Positions 55,489 through 64,000 of a stretch of 64,000 nt of DNA are shown piece by piece; the first letter of the stretch is position 1; every line of letters begins with the position of its first letter. The position numbers were made by a program, and so were the translations under genes. The notes beneath the pieces were generated by a model. The model was not told the DNA's origin. It did not search any database and saw nothing but the letters and a program-made list of their open reading frames with translations. Source of the DNA: an uncultured bacterium (GTDB lineage: Bacteria; Omnitrophota; Omnitrophia; Omnitrophales; Aquincolibacteriaceae); contig CAYZYT010000012.1 in assembly GCA_964482725.1 (NCBI GenBank), positions 1,310 through 65,309 of the forward strand, read 5' to 3'.

Positions 55489-57183
55489 TCAATCCTCACT
55501 TGAAACGCGAAGCACTTCCTCAAGCGTGGTCACCCCGGATTTAAAAAGACCCAGGGCGTTCACAAAAAGCGTTTCCATTCCTTTTTCAACGGCAATCCGA
55601 TGAATAACATTACTCGCTTTTTTTTGGATCACAAGCTCCCGGATATCCGGATCAACGAGCAACACCTCACTGGCACCGGTCCTGCCGAAATAGCCCGTCA
55701 TATTGCATTTGCTGCAACCCCTCCCGCGGAACGGCGTGAACTTATCAAGCTCGGACTTTGAAAGCTTACAGCGGATGAGCACTTCCGGGGGAATGACGGT
55801 CGCCTCCCTGCAGTTCGGACATATCTTCCGGAGCAAACGCTGAGCCCCGACGCACACGACCGACGAGGCGATCAAAAAGGGCTCGACGCCCATGTCCATC
55901 AGACGCGTCATGGCGCCCGCGGCGCTGTTTGTATGCAGCGTGCTGAACACCAGATGGCCCGTCAGAGCCGCTTTTACGGCGATATCCGCGGTCTCTGAGT
56001 CGCGGATCTCTCCCACTAAAACAATATCCGGACTTTGGCGCAGAAGCGCACGCAGACCGCTCGCGAAGGTAAGTCCGATCTCCGGTTGGACCTGCGTCTG
56101 CGTGATCCCTTCGACCTGATATTCGACAGGATCTTCCACGGTCATCAGATTTTTTTGCGGCGTGTTGAGCGAGTTCAGGATCGAGTAAAGGGTCGTGGAT
56201 TTTCCACTGCCCGTCGGCCCGGTCACGAGAATCAGACCGTAGGGCTTCTTGATCGCCTCAGCAAGAGCGCGGGTCGGTTTTTCCGTGAAGCCAAGTTTGT
56301 CGAGCCCCGCCTTGATCCCGCTCCGGTCCAGAACGCGCAACACGATCTTCTCACCAAAGTAGGTCGGAAGCACGGAAACACGGAAATCGATCTGCCGGTC
56401 TTTCAACGATAAACGGAAGCGCCCGTCCTGAGGCAACCGCCTTTCGGTAATATCCAGAAGCGAAATGATCTTGGTGCGTGCCACAAGAGCCGGGTAAAGC
56501 TCCAGCGAGTGAGAAAAAGATTCCGATAAGGCTCCGTCAACGCGATACCGGATCCGGAACTCTTTTTCATAGGGTTCGAAATGAATATCGGAGGCACGTG
56601 ATTTAAGCGCCTTCTCGAGAATAAAATTGACCATTTTGATGACCGGAGCGGTATCCGCCACGACCTGCGCCCCGGACGGCGAGCCCCCGTCATTCCATCC
56701 CTCCACCTCCAGGCCGGGGGTATCTTTTCCCGCGAGAAACTCAGCGAAGTTCCTGGTTTCCGCGTAATGATCGCCCACGGCAGCGGTAATCCGGCTGGGA
56801 GACACCAGCACCAGATTGACCCCGCATCCTGTCATATTCTTGATCTCATCGAGAATCCTCAGCTTGAACGGATCGCTCGTCGCCACCGTCAGAAGCTTCC
56901 CGATGCGCCCCACCGGGAAAACCTGATGCTGCTCGATGAATTTCCTCGGGAACATCTTCAGGATTTCATCCTCAAACTGCATCGCCTGAAGATTCAGGAT
57001 GGGGATCTCAAGCTGGACGCTTAAAAAATCCACAACCTCTTCTTCCGGCAAAAGTTTTTCTTCCAAGATCAGCTTAAAAACACTTTCGTTGCGCCGTTGC
57101 GCGGCCATTTCCAGACGGTCGCACTCTCCGGGGACAAGCCCCATTTTCCTCATCCACTCCTGAGCGATCTTCGTGTCGATCAT
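55489..57183 (-). CDS. pilB: Type IV pilus assembly ATPase PilB
   Basis: GspE_N domain and the secretion NTPase core (VTGPTGSGKSTTL). The likely start MIDTKIAQEW overlaps the upstream stop (ATGA). Confidence 0.85.
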   Translation of the reverse strand: MIDTKIAQEWMRKMGLVPGECDRLEMAAQRRNESVFKLILEEKLLPEEEVVDFLSVQLEIPILNLQAMQFEDEILKMFPRKFIEQHQVFPVGRIGKLLTVATSDPFKLRILDEIKNMTGCGVNLVLVSPSRITAAVGDHYAETRNFAEFLAGKDTPGLEVEGWNDGGSPSGAQVVADTAPVIKMVNFILEKALKSRASDIHFEPYEKEFRIRYRVDGALSESFSHSLELYPALVARTKIISLLDITERRLPQDGRFRLSLKDRQIDFRVSVLPTYFGEKIVLRVLDRSGIKAGLDKLGFTEKPTRALAEAIKKPYGLILVTGPTGSGKSTTLYSILNSLNTPQKNLMTVEDPVEYQVEGITQTQVQPEIGLTFASGLRALLRQSPDIVLVGEIRDSETADIAVKAALTGHLVFSTLHTNSAAGAMTRLMDMGVEPFLIASSVVCVGAQRLLRKICPNCREATVIPPEVLIRCKLSKSELDKFTPFRGRGCSKCNMTGYFGRTGASEVLLVDPDIRELVIQKKASNVIHRIAVEKGMETLFVNALGLFKSGVTTLEEVLRVSSED

Positions 57184-58949
57184 GGACCACCCCCCGAGGA
57201 CTTCGCCCGGGCATCCGCCACCGTGACGCGGAAAACTTCCTCGATTGAAGTTTCGCCCGCAAGGGCCTTCTGGATCGCTGATTCGCGGAGTGTGTTCATT
57301 CCATGCTTGCGGGCACTTTCTTTGATCAGGTCCGGAGACACGCCCTGCATGATCATATCCAGAATGTCCGGTTTCATTTCCAGGATCTCGGTGATCACGC
57401 TCCGCCCTTGATAGCCCATCTGACGGCACTGCGAGCAGCCCTTGGCTTTCCAAAGCTGTACCTTTTTTTGCGGATCAAAATCCAGTAATTGATACAAACT
57501 CGGCTCAGGATCGTAGGCCACGCGACAACGCGTGCAGAGCCGGCGCACCAGGCGCTGGGCCGAGATCATCAACACGGTCGACGCGATCAAAAAAGGCTCA
57601 AGCCCAAGATTCGCCATCCGGGTGACAGAACTCACCGCATCGTTCGTGTGAAGCGTACTGAGAACGAGATGCCCCGTCAGCGCCGCCTTCACGGCGATAT
57701 CGAGCGTCTCCGCGTCGCGGATCTCCCCGATCAGGACAATGTCAGGGTCTTGGCGCAGGATCGAACGAAGCGCCGCGGGAAATGTCAAGCCTATGGACTC
57801 GCGGACATTGACCTGATTGATCCCGGCAATCTGGTATTCCACGGGATCCTCGACGGTCGTGATATTCACCTTCGGCGAATCCAGGTATTTGAGGATCGAA
57901 TACAGCGTGGTCGTTTTTCCGCTCCCGGTCGGCCCGGTCACAAGGATCATCCCGTGCGGTTTCTTGGCACAAGCACGGATCACATTCTGCTCGGAAGTCG
58001 TGAATCCGAGTCTTTGAATATCATGGGACTGCGCCCCGGTATCCAAAATGCGCAAACAAACTTTCTCACCGAAACTGGACGGCAAGATGGAAACGCGCAC
58101 ATCCACTTCGCGTCCCTGAGTCTTCACCTTGAAACGGCCGTCCTGGGGAACGCGGTGTTCCGCGATATTGAGCTGACTCATGATTTTGATACGTGAAACA
58201 ATGGCAGCGCCGAAACTCTTCTGCGGCTTGACGAGCTCCTCCAGGATTCCGTCGAGACGCATTCGGATCCGAACAAAACCTTCCCAGGGTTCAATAAAGA
58301 TGTCACTGGCATGACGGCGTACTCCCTCGACGAGCACCATATTCACAAGCTTCACGACCGGGGCCTGATTGGCCTGCTCCATGAGGTCCGCGGCCTGCTG
58401 CGGCCTAACAAGGGTTGCTTCGCTGTCCACAAGATTGGCAAGATTGACAAGGTCGTCGGAGCCCTCTTCTGAAGCAAATTCGGGCGGGGTCCCGGCATCT
58501 CCCTGATAGGATTTCTGAATACATGCCTTGATCTCGGAATATTCCGCCACCAAAACATCGAGGCGCTTCCCGGTGAACGACTTAAGTTCGTCCTGGGCCT
58601 TGAGATTGACGGGATTTGCGAAAGCGATCGTTAAAGTATTTTCGAGCAAGGAGAGCGGAAGACACCCATGGAGTTCCGCGATCTTCTGGGGGACGAGCTT
58701 CAGAACGTTTTTGTCAATGAGGATCGTTTTAGGACTGCCACGTCGGTAGGCGTATTCCTCGCAGAGGACCGTCACAAGTTTTTTTTCATCGCACTTTCCG
58801 GCCTGAAGAAGCCTATCCAAAAAATGAAGTTTCTTCGGGCCCTTGTCCTGCTCCTGGAGCGCCTGCCGGAGGTCCTCCGGGCTGACAGCTCCGGCACGGA
58901 GAAGCGAGTCCTTCAGATCCGTCGATGAACTTGACTTGGGCTCGGTCAT
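57180..58949 (-). CDS. Second PilB/GspE-family secretion ATPase paralogue
   Basis: GspE_N domain plus NTPase core (VTGPTGSGKTTTL). C-terminal CxxC...CxxC zinc motif. Confidence 0.8.
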   Translation of the reverse strand: MTEPKSSSSTDLKDSLLRAGAVSPEDLRQALQEQDKGPKKLHFLDRLLQAGKCDEKKLVTVLCEEYAYRRGSPKTILIDKNVLKLVPQKIAELHGCLPLSLLENTLTIAFANPVNLKAQDELKSFTGKRLDVLVAEYSEIKACIQKSYQGDAGTPPEFASEEGSDDLVNLANLVDSEATLVRPQQAADLMEQANQAPVVKLVNMVLVEGVRRHASDIFIEPWEGFVRIRMRLDGILEELVKPQKSFGAAIVSRIKIMSQLNIAEHRVPQDGRFKVKTQGREVDVRVSILPSSFGEKVCLRILDTGAQSHDIQRLGFTTSEQNVIRACAKKPHGMILVTGPTGSGKTTTLYSILKYLDSPKVNITTVEDPVEYQIAGINQVNVRESIGLTFPAALRSILRQDPDIVLIGEIRDAETLDIAVKAALTGHLVLSTLHTNDAVSSVTRMANLGLEPFLIASTVLMISAQRLVRRLCTRCRVAYDPEPSLYQLLDFDPQKKVQLWKAKGCSQCRQMGYQGRSVITEILEMKPDILDMIMQGVSPDLIKESARKHGMNTLRESAIQKALAGETSIEEVFRVTVADARAKSSGGGP

Positions 58950-59404
58950 GACACGCTGTCTTCCTTGCCATCGTGGTAGATAAAAAAGATGGCATTCAAT
59001 ATCTCAGAGAGCCGGGCGAGGAAAACCTGAGGAATGCGGCCCGTCATTTTCCGGACGTCATCAAGGACGGGGCTACTCATAGGATCCGCCATAGCCACAT
59101 AAACCCTCTTGGAGTCACAATCAAAGGCGACCACGGAATTTTTATGGCAAAAATCAGCAGTGAGCATCGCGGCCATATCGGGATTGATGGAGTAATTCTT
59201 GAGAGGAAGATAAGGAATTTTAAATTGCTTGCCTAAAGCACCAATGAGGGACTCCTCATCCACGAATTTTTTTTCAATAAGAATCTGCCCGATCAAGCCG
59301 CCTTTTTCCTCCTGATAGGCAAGAGCCTCCTCCAGATGGACTTTGGACAAAAGCCCATCCTCGATCAAGATCTCCCCGATCTTTCTCTTTATTTTTAGAT
59401 CCAT
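58946..59404 (-). CDS. Stand-alone GspE/MshE N-terminal-domain (T2SSE_N) protein
   Basis: 152 aa: ...LEEALAYQEEKGGLIGQILIEKKFVDEESL...KIPYLPL. 4-bp overlap with the downstream ATPase. Confidence 0.65.
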   Translation of the reverse strand: MDLKIKRKIGEILIEDGLLSKVHLEEALAYQEEKGGLIGQILIEKKFVDEESLIGALGKQFKIPYLPLKNYSINPDMAAMLTADFCHKNSVVAFDCDSKRVYVAMADPMSSPVLDDVRKMTGRIPQVFLARLSEILNAIFFIYHDGKEDSVS

Positions 59405-59503
59405 TTCGCCCCTTGTTTCTTTCGCTTATCTATAAGTAACGGCACAAGTTGCAAAGAATTTTGCATTTTTTCAGGCACATGGCAACAGCCCCAGAACGGT
59501 GGG

Positions 59504-60187
59504 TCAAAAAAAATCCCGGAGAGGACACCCCTCGCACCGGGGAACTTTCCGGCAATGATCCTTCCCCGTCCGGACGATCTGAGCATGGAAATCATTATAA
59601 AGATCCCGGTTTTCCGGCAAGGCCCTTGTAAAGAGCTCCCGCCAGCGCTCATAAGGCTCAAAGTCCTTCGCCAATCCGTGTCTTGAAAAGATCCTCTTCG
59701 TGTAGGCATCGATCACAAACGACGTCTTGTCCAGCGCGTAGAGCAGGATAGAATCTGCCGTCTCAGGACCCACCCCTTTCACGGCGAGAAGTTTTTCCCG
59801 AAGCGCGGGCATCGCTTCCCGTTTCAATTTCGAAAGATCGCCCCCACACTCCCGCTCCAGAAATTCCATGAAGCATTTTAACCGGTCCGCCTTGACATTA
59901 AAATAGCCCGCGGGCCGGATCAGCCTCGCCAGATCCTTTTTCGGAATTCTTCGGAGGCCCTCAAACGAAAGCTTCTTGGCCTTTTTCAGATTCAAGATCG
60001 CTTTCTCAACATTCGTCCAGGCCGTATTCTGCGTAAGGATCGCCCCGACCATGATCTCAAAAGGCGTATCCCCCGGCCACCATTGCTGATGTCCGAAAGT
60101 TTTCCGCAGCACCGCATAAATCCGTGGAAGTTGCGAGGCTTTGAGTTTACGCTTTTTTTGACAACGGATAGGTTTTAAGGATCTCAT
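59504..60187 (-). CDS. HhH-GPD superfamily DNA glycosylase (endonuclease III-like)
   Basis: LLAVKGVGPETADSILLYAL helix-hairpin-helix/GPD. C-terminal Cys cluster CRKVPRCEGC. Confidence 0.7.
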   Translation of the reverse strand: MRSLKPIRCQKKRKLKASQLPRIYAVLRKTFGHQQWWPGDTPFEIMVGAILTQNTAWTNVEKAILNLKKAKKLSFEGLRRIPKKDLARLIRPAGYFNVKADRLKCFMEFLERECGGDLSKLKREAMPALREKLLAVKGVGPETADSILLYALDKTSFVIDAYTKRIFSRHGLAKDFEPYERWRELFTRALPENRDLYNDFHAQIVRTGKDHCRKVPRCEGCPLRDFF

Positions 60188-60740
60188 AACGAACGCCTTC
60201 CGGAAGATTGTAACTTTGGTAGAGCGCGAAATGATCGGCGGTTTTTTCCGGAGTCGGCCCTGGGAACGAGACCTTGCCCAAAAGCGGCCCCAGATCCTGG
60301 CTCTTCCACTTCACACGACCGATCGTCAGATGCGGCAGGAACGGCCTTGCCTCAGACTTAAACCCAAGCGTCCGGATCTCCCCCTGGATCGCCTTCTGCA
60401 AAGAGAGCAGCCGGCCGGTAGGCTCCTCGACCCCGATCCAAACAATATCCGGCCTTTGAAGACTTGGGAATCCGCCGATCTTGTTCAGACTTAGTTTGAG
60501 CGGCGAAAAAAGCGAGGCTATTTTTTTTGAAGAAAGATGGATTGGCTCGATCTCTTTTTTGGGAACGGGCCCGAAAAAGTGGAGCGTTAGATGGACTTGC
60601 CGGGGCTCGACCCACCGGACACCGGGGATCTCTCGGCGAAGCGGGCACAGAACATTTTCTATTTCTTGCTGGAAGATCTCATGGAGCGGGATCGCGAGAA
60701 ATACCCGCGAGGGAGCCAGTTTTAACGGATCTTCCGCCAT
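60147..60740 (-). CDS. thpR: RNA 2',3'-cyclic phosphodiesterase (2H phosphoesterase, LigT/ThpR)
   Basis: Two H-x-T/S-x motifs (HLTLHFFG, HLTIGRV). Confidence 0.85.
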   Translation of the reverse strand: MAEDPLKLAPSRVFLAIPLHEIFQQEIENVLCPLRREIPGVRWVEPRQVHLTLHFFGPVPKKEIEPIHLSSKKIASLFSPLKLSLNKIGGFPSLQRPDIVWIGVEEPTGRLLSLQKAIQGEIRTLGFKSEARPFLPHLTIGRVKWKSQDLGPLLGKVSFPGPTPEKTADHFALYQSYNLPEGVRYEILKTYPLSKKA

Positions 60741-61942
60741 AGATATTCAAGCGCTTTCGTCGCGGCCTTGTCCTGGACCTGATGACGCTCTCCCCAGAAA
60801 ATATGTTTCCAGGTCCGGACCGTTCCGTCGGGAGACGCGAGGCCGATATAAACAAGACCGACCGGTTTCTTGGAATTACCGCCGCCAGGCCCGGCGATCC
60901 CGGTGAGACCGATCCCATAGTCGGACTCCATCCGGCTGCGAACCGACTTCGCGAGCTGGAGGGCGACCGGGGCTGAAACTTCCCCATGCTCCTTGAGGGT
61001 CTTTTCAGAAACGCCGAGTTTCTTTTTGACGGACGCGTGATAAGCCACCGTGGCCCCTGTAAAAAAATCACTTGCTCCGGAATGCGCTGTAAGGCGTGAA
61101 GCCAAAAGCCCTCCGGTGCAACTTTCCGCGACCGCAAGCGTTTGCTTTTTTTTCGCCAGGATCTTTCCGATCACAACGGTCAGAGGCGTTTCATCCCAAC
61201 CGTAGATCCGGTCGCTAAGACGGGTCGTGATCTTTTTTTTAAGCCGAGCGAGCACATCGGCTTTATCCGCAAGAAGGCGGATCGCGATCTCGCCGGCTGA
61301 AGGATAGATCCCGAAATCGAACGAGTCGTCAAAAAAATCTTTCCCGAGCCTTTTCATCACCTCCGGCTCCGAAATGCCCGCCATTCTCACGATCAGCTTC
61401 CTGCTCTTGAAAAGATTCCCATATTTTTTTTTCAGAAGCGGCAGGACCACATCAAAATACATGTTCGTAAGCTCCGAAGGAACACCCGGAAGCGCGATCA
61501 CGATCTTTTGCCCCGTTTCGATCGAAAATCCGAGCGCGATCCCAAAACGGTTGATAAGGGGTTTCGCGTTCTCGGGATAAAAGGCTTCGCGCTTCACGAG
61601 GGCTGGCACGCGTTGGCCGAAACGTCTGTAAACCTTCTCGAGACGGCGGTACTGCTGGGGTGAAAAAACAAGCGGGACCTTAAAGTGCGCGGCAATGCCT
61701 TCGCGGGTAACATCATCGGGGGTCGGACCCAGCCCCCCCATCATAATGACCAGATCGACGCGCCGGAGCACTTCGCCAAGCCGGAAACGGATTGCTTCCT
61801 GCGAATCCGCGCAAACACCGTGAGAGATGACCTCGAACCCAAGCCCCGAAAGCTCACGGCCGAGGAACGCGGCGTTCGTGTTGACCACGCTTCCGCGCAA
61901 AACTTCATTACCGACCGAAAGAATAGCCGCGGTAAGCTTCAT
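60722..61942 (-). CDS. cinA: CinA-family competence/damage-inducible protein (MoCF-biosynthesis-like N-domain plus CinA C-domain)
   Basis: MKLTAAILSVGNEVLRGSVVNTNAAFL and the C-terminal CinA domain. Confidence 0.85.
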   Translation of the reverse strand: MKLTAAILSVGNEVLRGSVVNTNAAFLGRELSGLGFEVISHGVCADSQEAIRFRLGEVLRRVDLVIMMGGLGPTPDDVTREGIAAHFKVPLVFSPQQYRRLEKVYRRFGQRVPALVKREAFYPENAKPLINRFGIALGFSIETGQKIVIALPGVPSELTNMYFDVVLPLLKKKYGNLFKSRKLIVRMAGISEPEVMKRLGKDFFDDSFDFGIYPSAGEIAIRLLADKADVLARLKKKITTRLSDRIYGWDETPLTVVIGKILAKKKQTLAVAESCTGGLLASRLTAHSGASDFFTGATVAYHASVKKKLGVSEKTLKEHGEVSAPVALQLAKSVRSRMESDYGIGLTGIAGPGGGNSKKPVGLVYIGLASPDGTVRTWKHIFWGERHQVQDKAATKALEYLWRKIR

Positions 61943-62952
61943 TTAAAGATCACAAACAAAATGATCCAGGCATAAAGCCCGGCACCCAGATCGTCGGCCA
62001 TGATGCCCCAATAGCGAGGAATACGCTCAAACGACCGCAACGGGAACGGTTTGAAAACGTCAAAAGCGCGGAAAAGCACAAAACCCAGGATCGCGGAAGA
62101 CCAGGTCAACGGGATCAGCATAAATGTCACAAAAATGCCGCAGACCTCATCGATCACGATATATTGCGGGTCCGGATCCGGATCCGTGATCCGCCCATAA
62201 GCCAAAGCTCCCCACACGAGCAAAAACACAAAAACCGCCCCGTAAAGCCCATCGCTCCACCGGGTCAGGAAAACCAGCAAAACACCCAGCAAACTTCCCC
62301 ACGTTCCGGGAGCTTTTGGCAGTAGGCCCACGCCCACGGCGAGAATAAATCGATTGAATTCTTCAGAGGCAAAATGAGCCCGTTGATTCCAGAGGAATAG
62401 GCCTCCGGAGACAAGCGTCAGCGCAACCGTCGTGATCAAAAGGACCGGAAGAAGATAGTGGAGGATAGCCGTCACCGCATCAAAAGAAGGATAAGGATTC
62501 AACAGCAAATAGGCAAAGGCGATCCACACCGTGACCGTCTGAAAACCAAATTTCAGTTTTCCCATCATCTCCGCCCCCAAAGACTTCCCGCCGAGAAGCC
62601 AGCCCGTCCGGCAGAATGTCACCAGGATCTCACGGATAAAGATCGGAACCACCCACCAGATAGAATAAAAGTGGATGTACGCGAAGGCGGCCATCGGGGC
62701 CAGGATCAGGATCTTGTCATTAAAAGGATCGATCCAGCGGCCAAAAGCAGATTCCATTTTGTACTGCCGTGCGATCCAGCCATCGAAATAATCCGTGATC
62801 GCGCCCACCATGAACAGAATAAAAGCCCAGAGATGGCCCGAGTGACTTGGCCGCAGGATCAGGAACGGCAGGGAAAGTCCGATCAGACCCCGCGCGATGC
62901 TCAGCACGTTCGGATTCAGAAGGGAATATTTATATTTGGCCCACGAGGTCAT
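61939..62952 (-). CDS. Fusion of CDP-alcohol phosphatidyltransferase (PgsA-like) with phosphatidylglycerophosphatase A (PgpA)
   Basis: DYFDGWIARQYKMESAFGRWIDPFNDK (the D-x2-DG-x2-AR...G-x3-D-x3-D motif) in the N-terminal half. A PgpA-like polytopic C-terminal half. Confidence 0.75.
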   Translation of the reverse strand: MTSWAKYKYSLLNPNVLSIARGLIGLSLPFLILRPSHSGHLWAFILFMVGAITDYFDGWIARQYKMESAFGRWIDPFNDKILILAPMAAFAYIHFYSIWWVVPIFIREILVTFCRTGWLLGGKSLGAEMMGKLKFGFQTVTVWIAFAYLLLNPYPSFDAVTAILHYLLPVLLITTVALTLVSGGLFLWNQRAHFASEEFNRFILAVGVGLLPKAPGTWGSLLGVLLVFLTRWSDGLYGAVFVFLLVWGALAYGRITDPDPDPQYIVIDEVCGIFVTFMLIPLTWSSAILGFVLFRAFDVFKPFPLRSFERIPRYWGIMADDLGAGLYAWIILFVIFK

Positions 62953-64000
62953 AGTCTTGAGTATCCGTGATCTTAACCGTGTAAAACTTCCCGGCCGTTA
63001 TTTCTTTTTTCGTTCGAATAAGAACACTGCCATCCACTTCCGGCGCGTCCATGGCGGAACGTCCGGTCCACAGGCTCGGATCTTTCTCATCTTGCGTTTC
63101 AACCAACACCCGGAGCTCCTTGCCAAGGTAACGCCGATTGACTTCCCGAGCGATCTCCTGTTGCACCTGCATGGCCCGGTGGAACCGCTCCTCTTTGATC
63201 TTTTCGGGGACCTGATCGGGGAACTCGGCTGACGCGGAACCCTCTTCCTGGGAATAGCGGAAGATCCCGAGACGTTCGAATTTCATCTCGCGCATGAACG
63301 TCAGAAGCTCTTCGAAATCCTGGTCCGTCTCGCCCGGAAAACCCACGATAAAAGTCGTCCGGATCACTACCTCGGGGATCATGGCCCGTAATTTTTGGAT
63401 GAGCTCCACGATCTCTTCCTTCGTAGTCCCCCGCCGCATCGCTTTCAGTATTTTATCACTAATATGCTGAAGCGGTAAGTCTATGTAGCGGCAGATCTTT
63501 CGGGACGCGCCCATCGCCCGGATCATTTCTTCCGTCAGCGTCGAGGGATATGTATAAAGAAGCCGTATCCATTTGAGGTCCCGGACGGCGCCGAGCCCCT
63601 CCAGAAGTTGCGGCAGAAGCGACTTACCGGCGTAATCCCATCCGAATCGCGTGATGTCCTGACCGATCACGACGATTTCCTTCGCGCCCTCCTCGACCAA
63701 TTGCTTCGCTTCCTGGACGAGATCCGCGATATGACGGGAACGGTAGCGGCCGCGAAGCTTGGGGATCACACAAAAGGAACACGCATGATCGCATCCCTCC
63801 GAGATCTTAAGATAGCGGGAATGTTTGGGCGTCAAGGCGATGCGCGTTTCGTCCGCCCCGGCCAGATAACCAGCCTTATGGACACTCACAAATTTCTGCC
63901 TGTCCGTTACCTTCTTCAGGACCTCCGCGATCCGCATATAATCCCCGGAACCGATGAATGCGTCGACTTCGGGGAATTCCTTCTGCAGTTCTTCCGCGTA
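62930..64000 (-). CDS. Radical-SAM methylthiotransferase (RimO/MiaB family), C-terminal ~two-thirds; gene continues past the window end
   Basis: CDHACSFC radical-SAM motif and TRAM domain (PEVDGSVLIRT...). There is no upstream stop before the window end. Confidence 0.85.
   Translation of the reverse strand, partial: YAEELQKEFPEVDAFIGSGDYMRIAEVLKKVTDRQKFVSVHKAGYLAGADETRIALTPKHSRYLKISEGCDHACSFCVIPKLRGRYRSRHIADLVQEAKQLVEEGAKEIVVIGQDITRFGWDYAGKSLLPQLLEGLGAVRDLKWIRLLYTYPSTLTEEMIRAMGASRKICRYIDLPLQHISDKILKAMRRGTTKEEIVELIQKLRAMIPEVVIRTTFIVGFPGETDQDFEELLTFMREMKFERLGIFRYSQEEGSASAEFPDQVPEKIKEERFHRAMQVQQEIAREVNRRYLGKELRVLVETQDEKDPSLWTGRSAMDAPEVDGSVLIRTKKEITAGKFYTVKITDTQDYDLVGQI

Noticed and set aside
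1-64000. rRNA genes, tmRNA, RNase P RNA, SRP RNA
   Set aside because: No stretch shows the conserved cores of these RNAs. The only RNA genes supported are the three tRNAs.

Overview
This is a 64-kb bacterial chromosomal segment of moderately high GC content. It is densely coding, and every gene I can support lies on the minus strand; the long plus-strand ORFs in the track are antisense shadows. I cannot assign a taxon from the sequence.

Most of the window is housekeeping:
- The N-terminus of glutamate synthase (gltB) and a NUDIX hydrolase.
- The heptose and LPS genes gmhA and rfaE domain II.
- A 6-phosphofructokinase with pyrophosphate-dependent-type motifs.
- The aroQ-accB-accC operon followed by an Asp23-like gene.
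- The thrS-infC-rpmI-rplT-pheS-pheT block, rarA, def, a DnaJ-like gene, rne/rng, rmuC, a CCA/poly(A) polymerase, cinA, thpR, a PgsA-PgpA fusion and rimO/miaB.

Four things stand out.

1. A 9.3-kb gene encodes a 3100-aa protein with a signal peptide and internal transmembrane segments. It has a TraB/GumN-like N-terminal domain and about 14 modules that each begin with a recurring [AP]R[AS]E[VI]R motif. It carries two sets of near-identical in-frame tandem DNA duplications and heptanucleotide microsatellites. Immediately upstream are a STAS-PilZ (c-di-GMP effector) gene, a translationally coupled micro-ORF and a perfect 13-1-13 palindrome in the promoter region.

2. The three tRNA loci (Gly-CCC, Asp-GTC, Val-TAC) are surrounded by partial tRNA duplications. 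Two short structured elements fused to tRNA 3'-end copies share a conserved core and show compensatory base changes.

3. A family of 63-110 bp nested inverted-repeat elements (GTCATyCTGAGC...GCTCAGrATGAC) occupies five intergenic sites.

4. A complete type IV pilus cluster is present: pilQPONM, pilA, pilC, two tandem PilB/GspE ATPases and a stand-alone GspE-N domain gene. Two 45-bp direct repeats lie in the pilA-pilM spacer. An adjacent pair of type Va and type Ve-like autotransporters sits near the left end of the window.

No CRISPR array, rRNA gene or intact integrase/transposase gene was seen.
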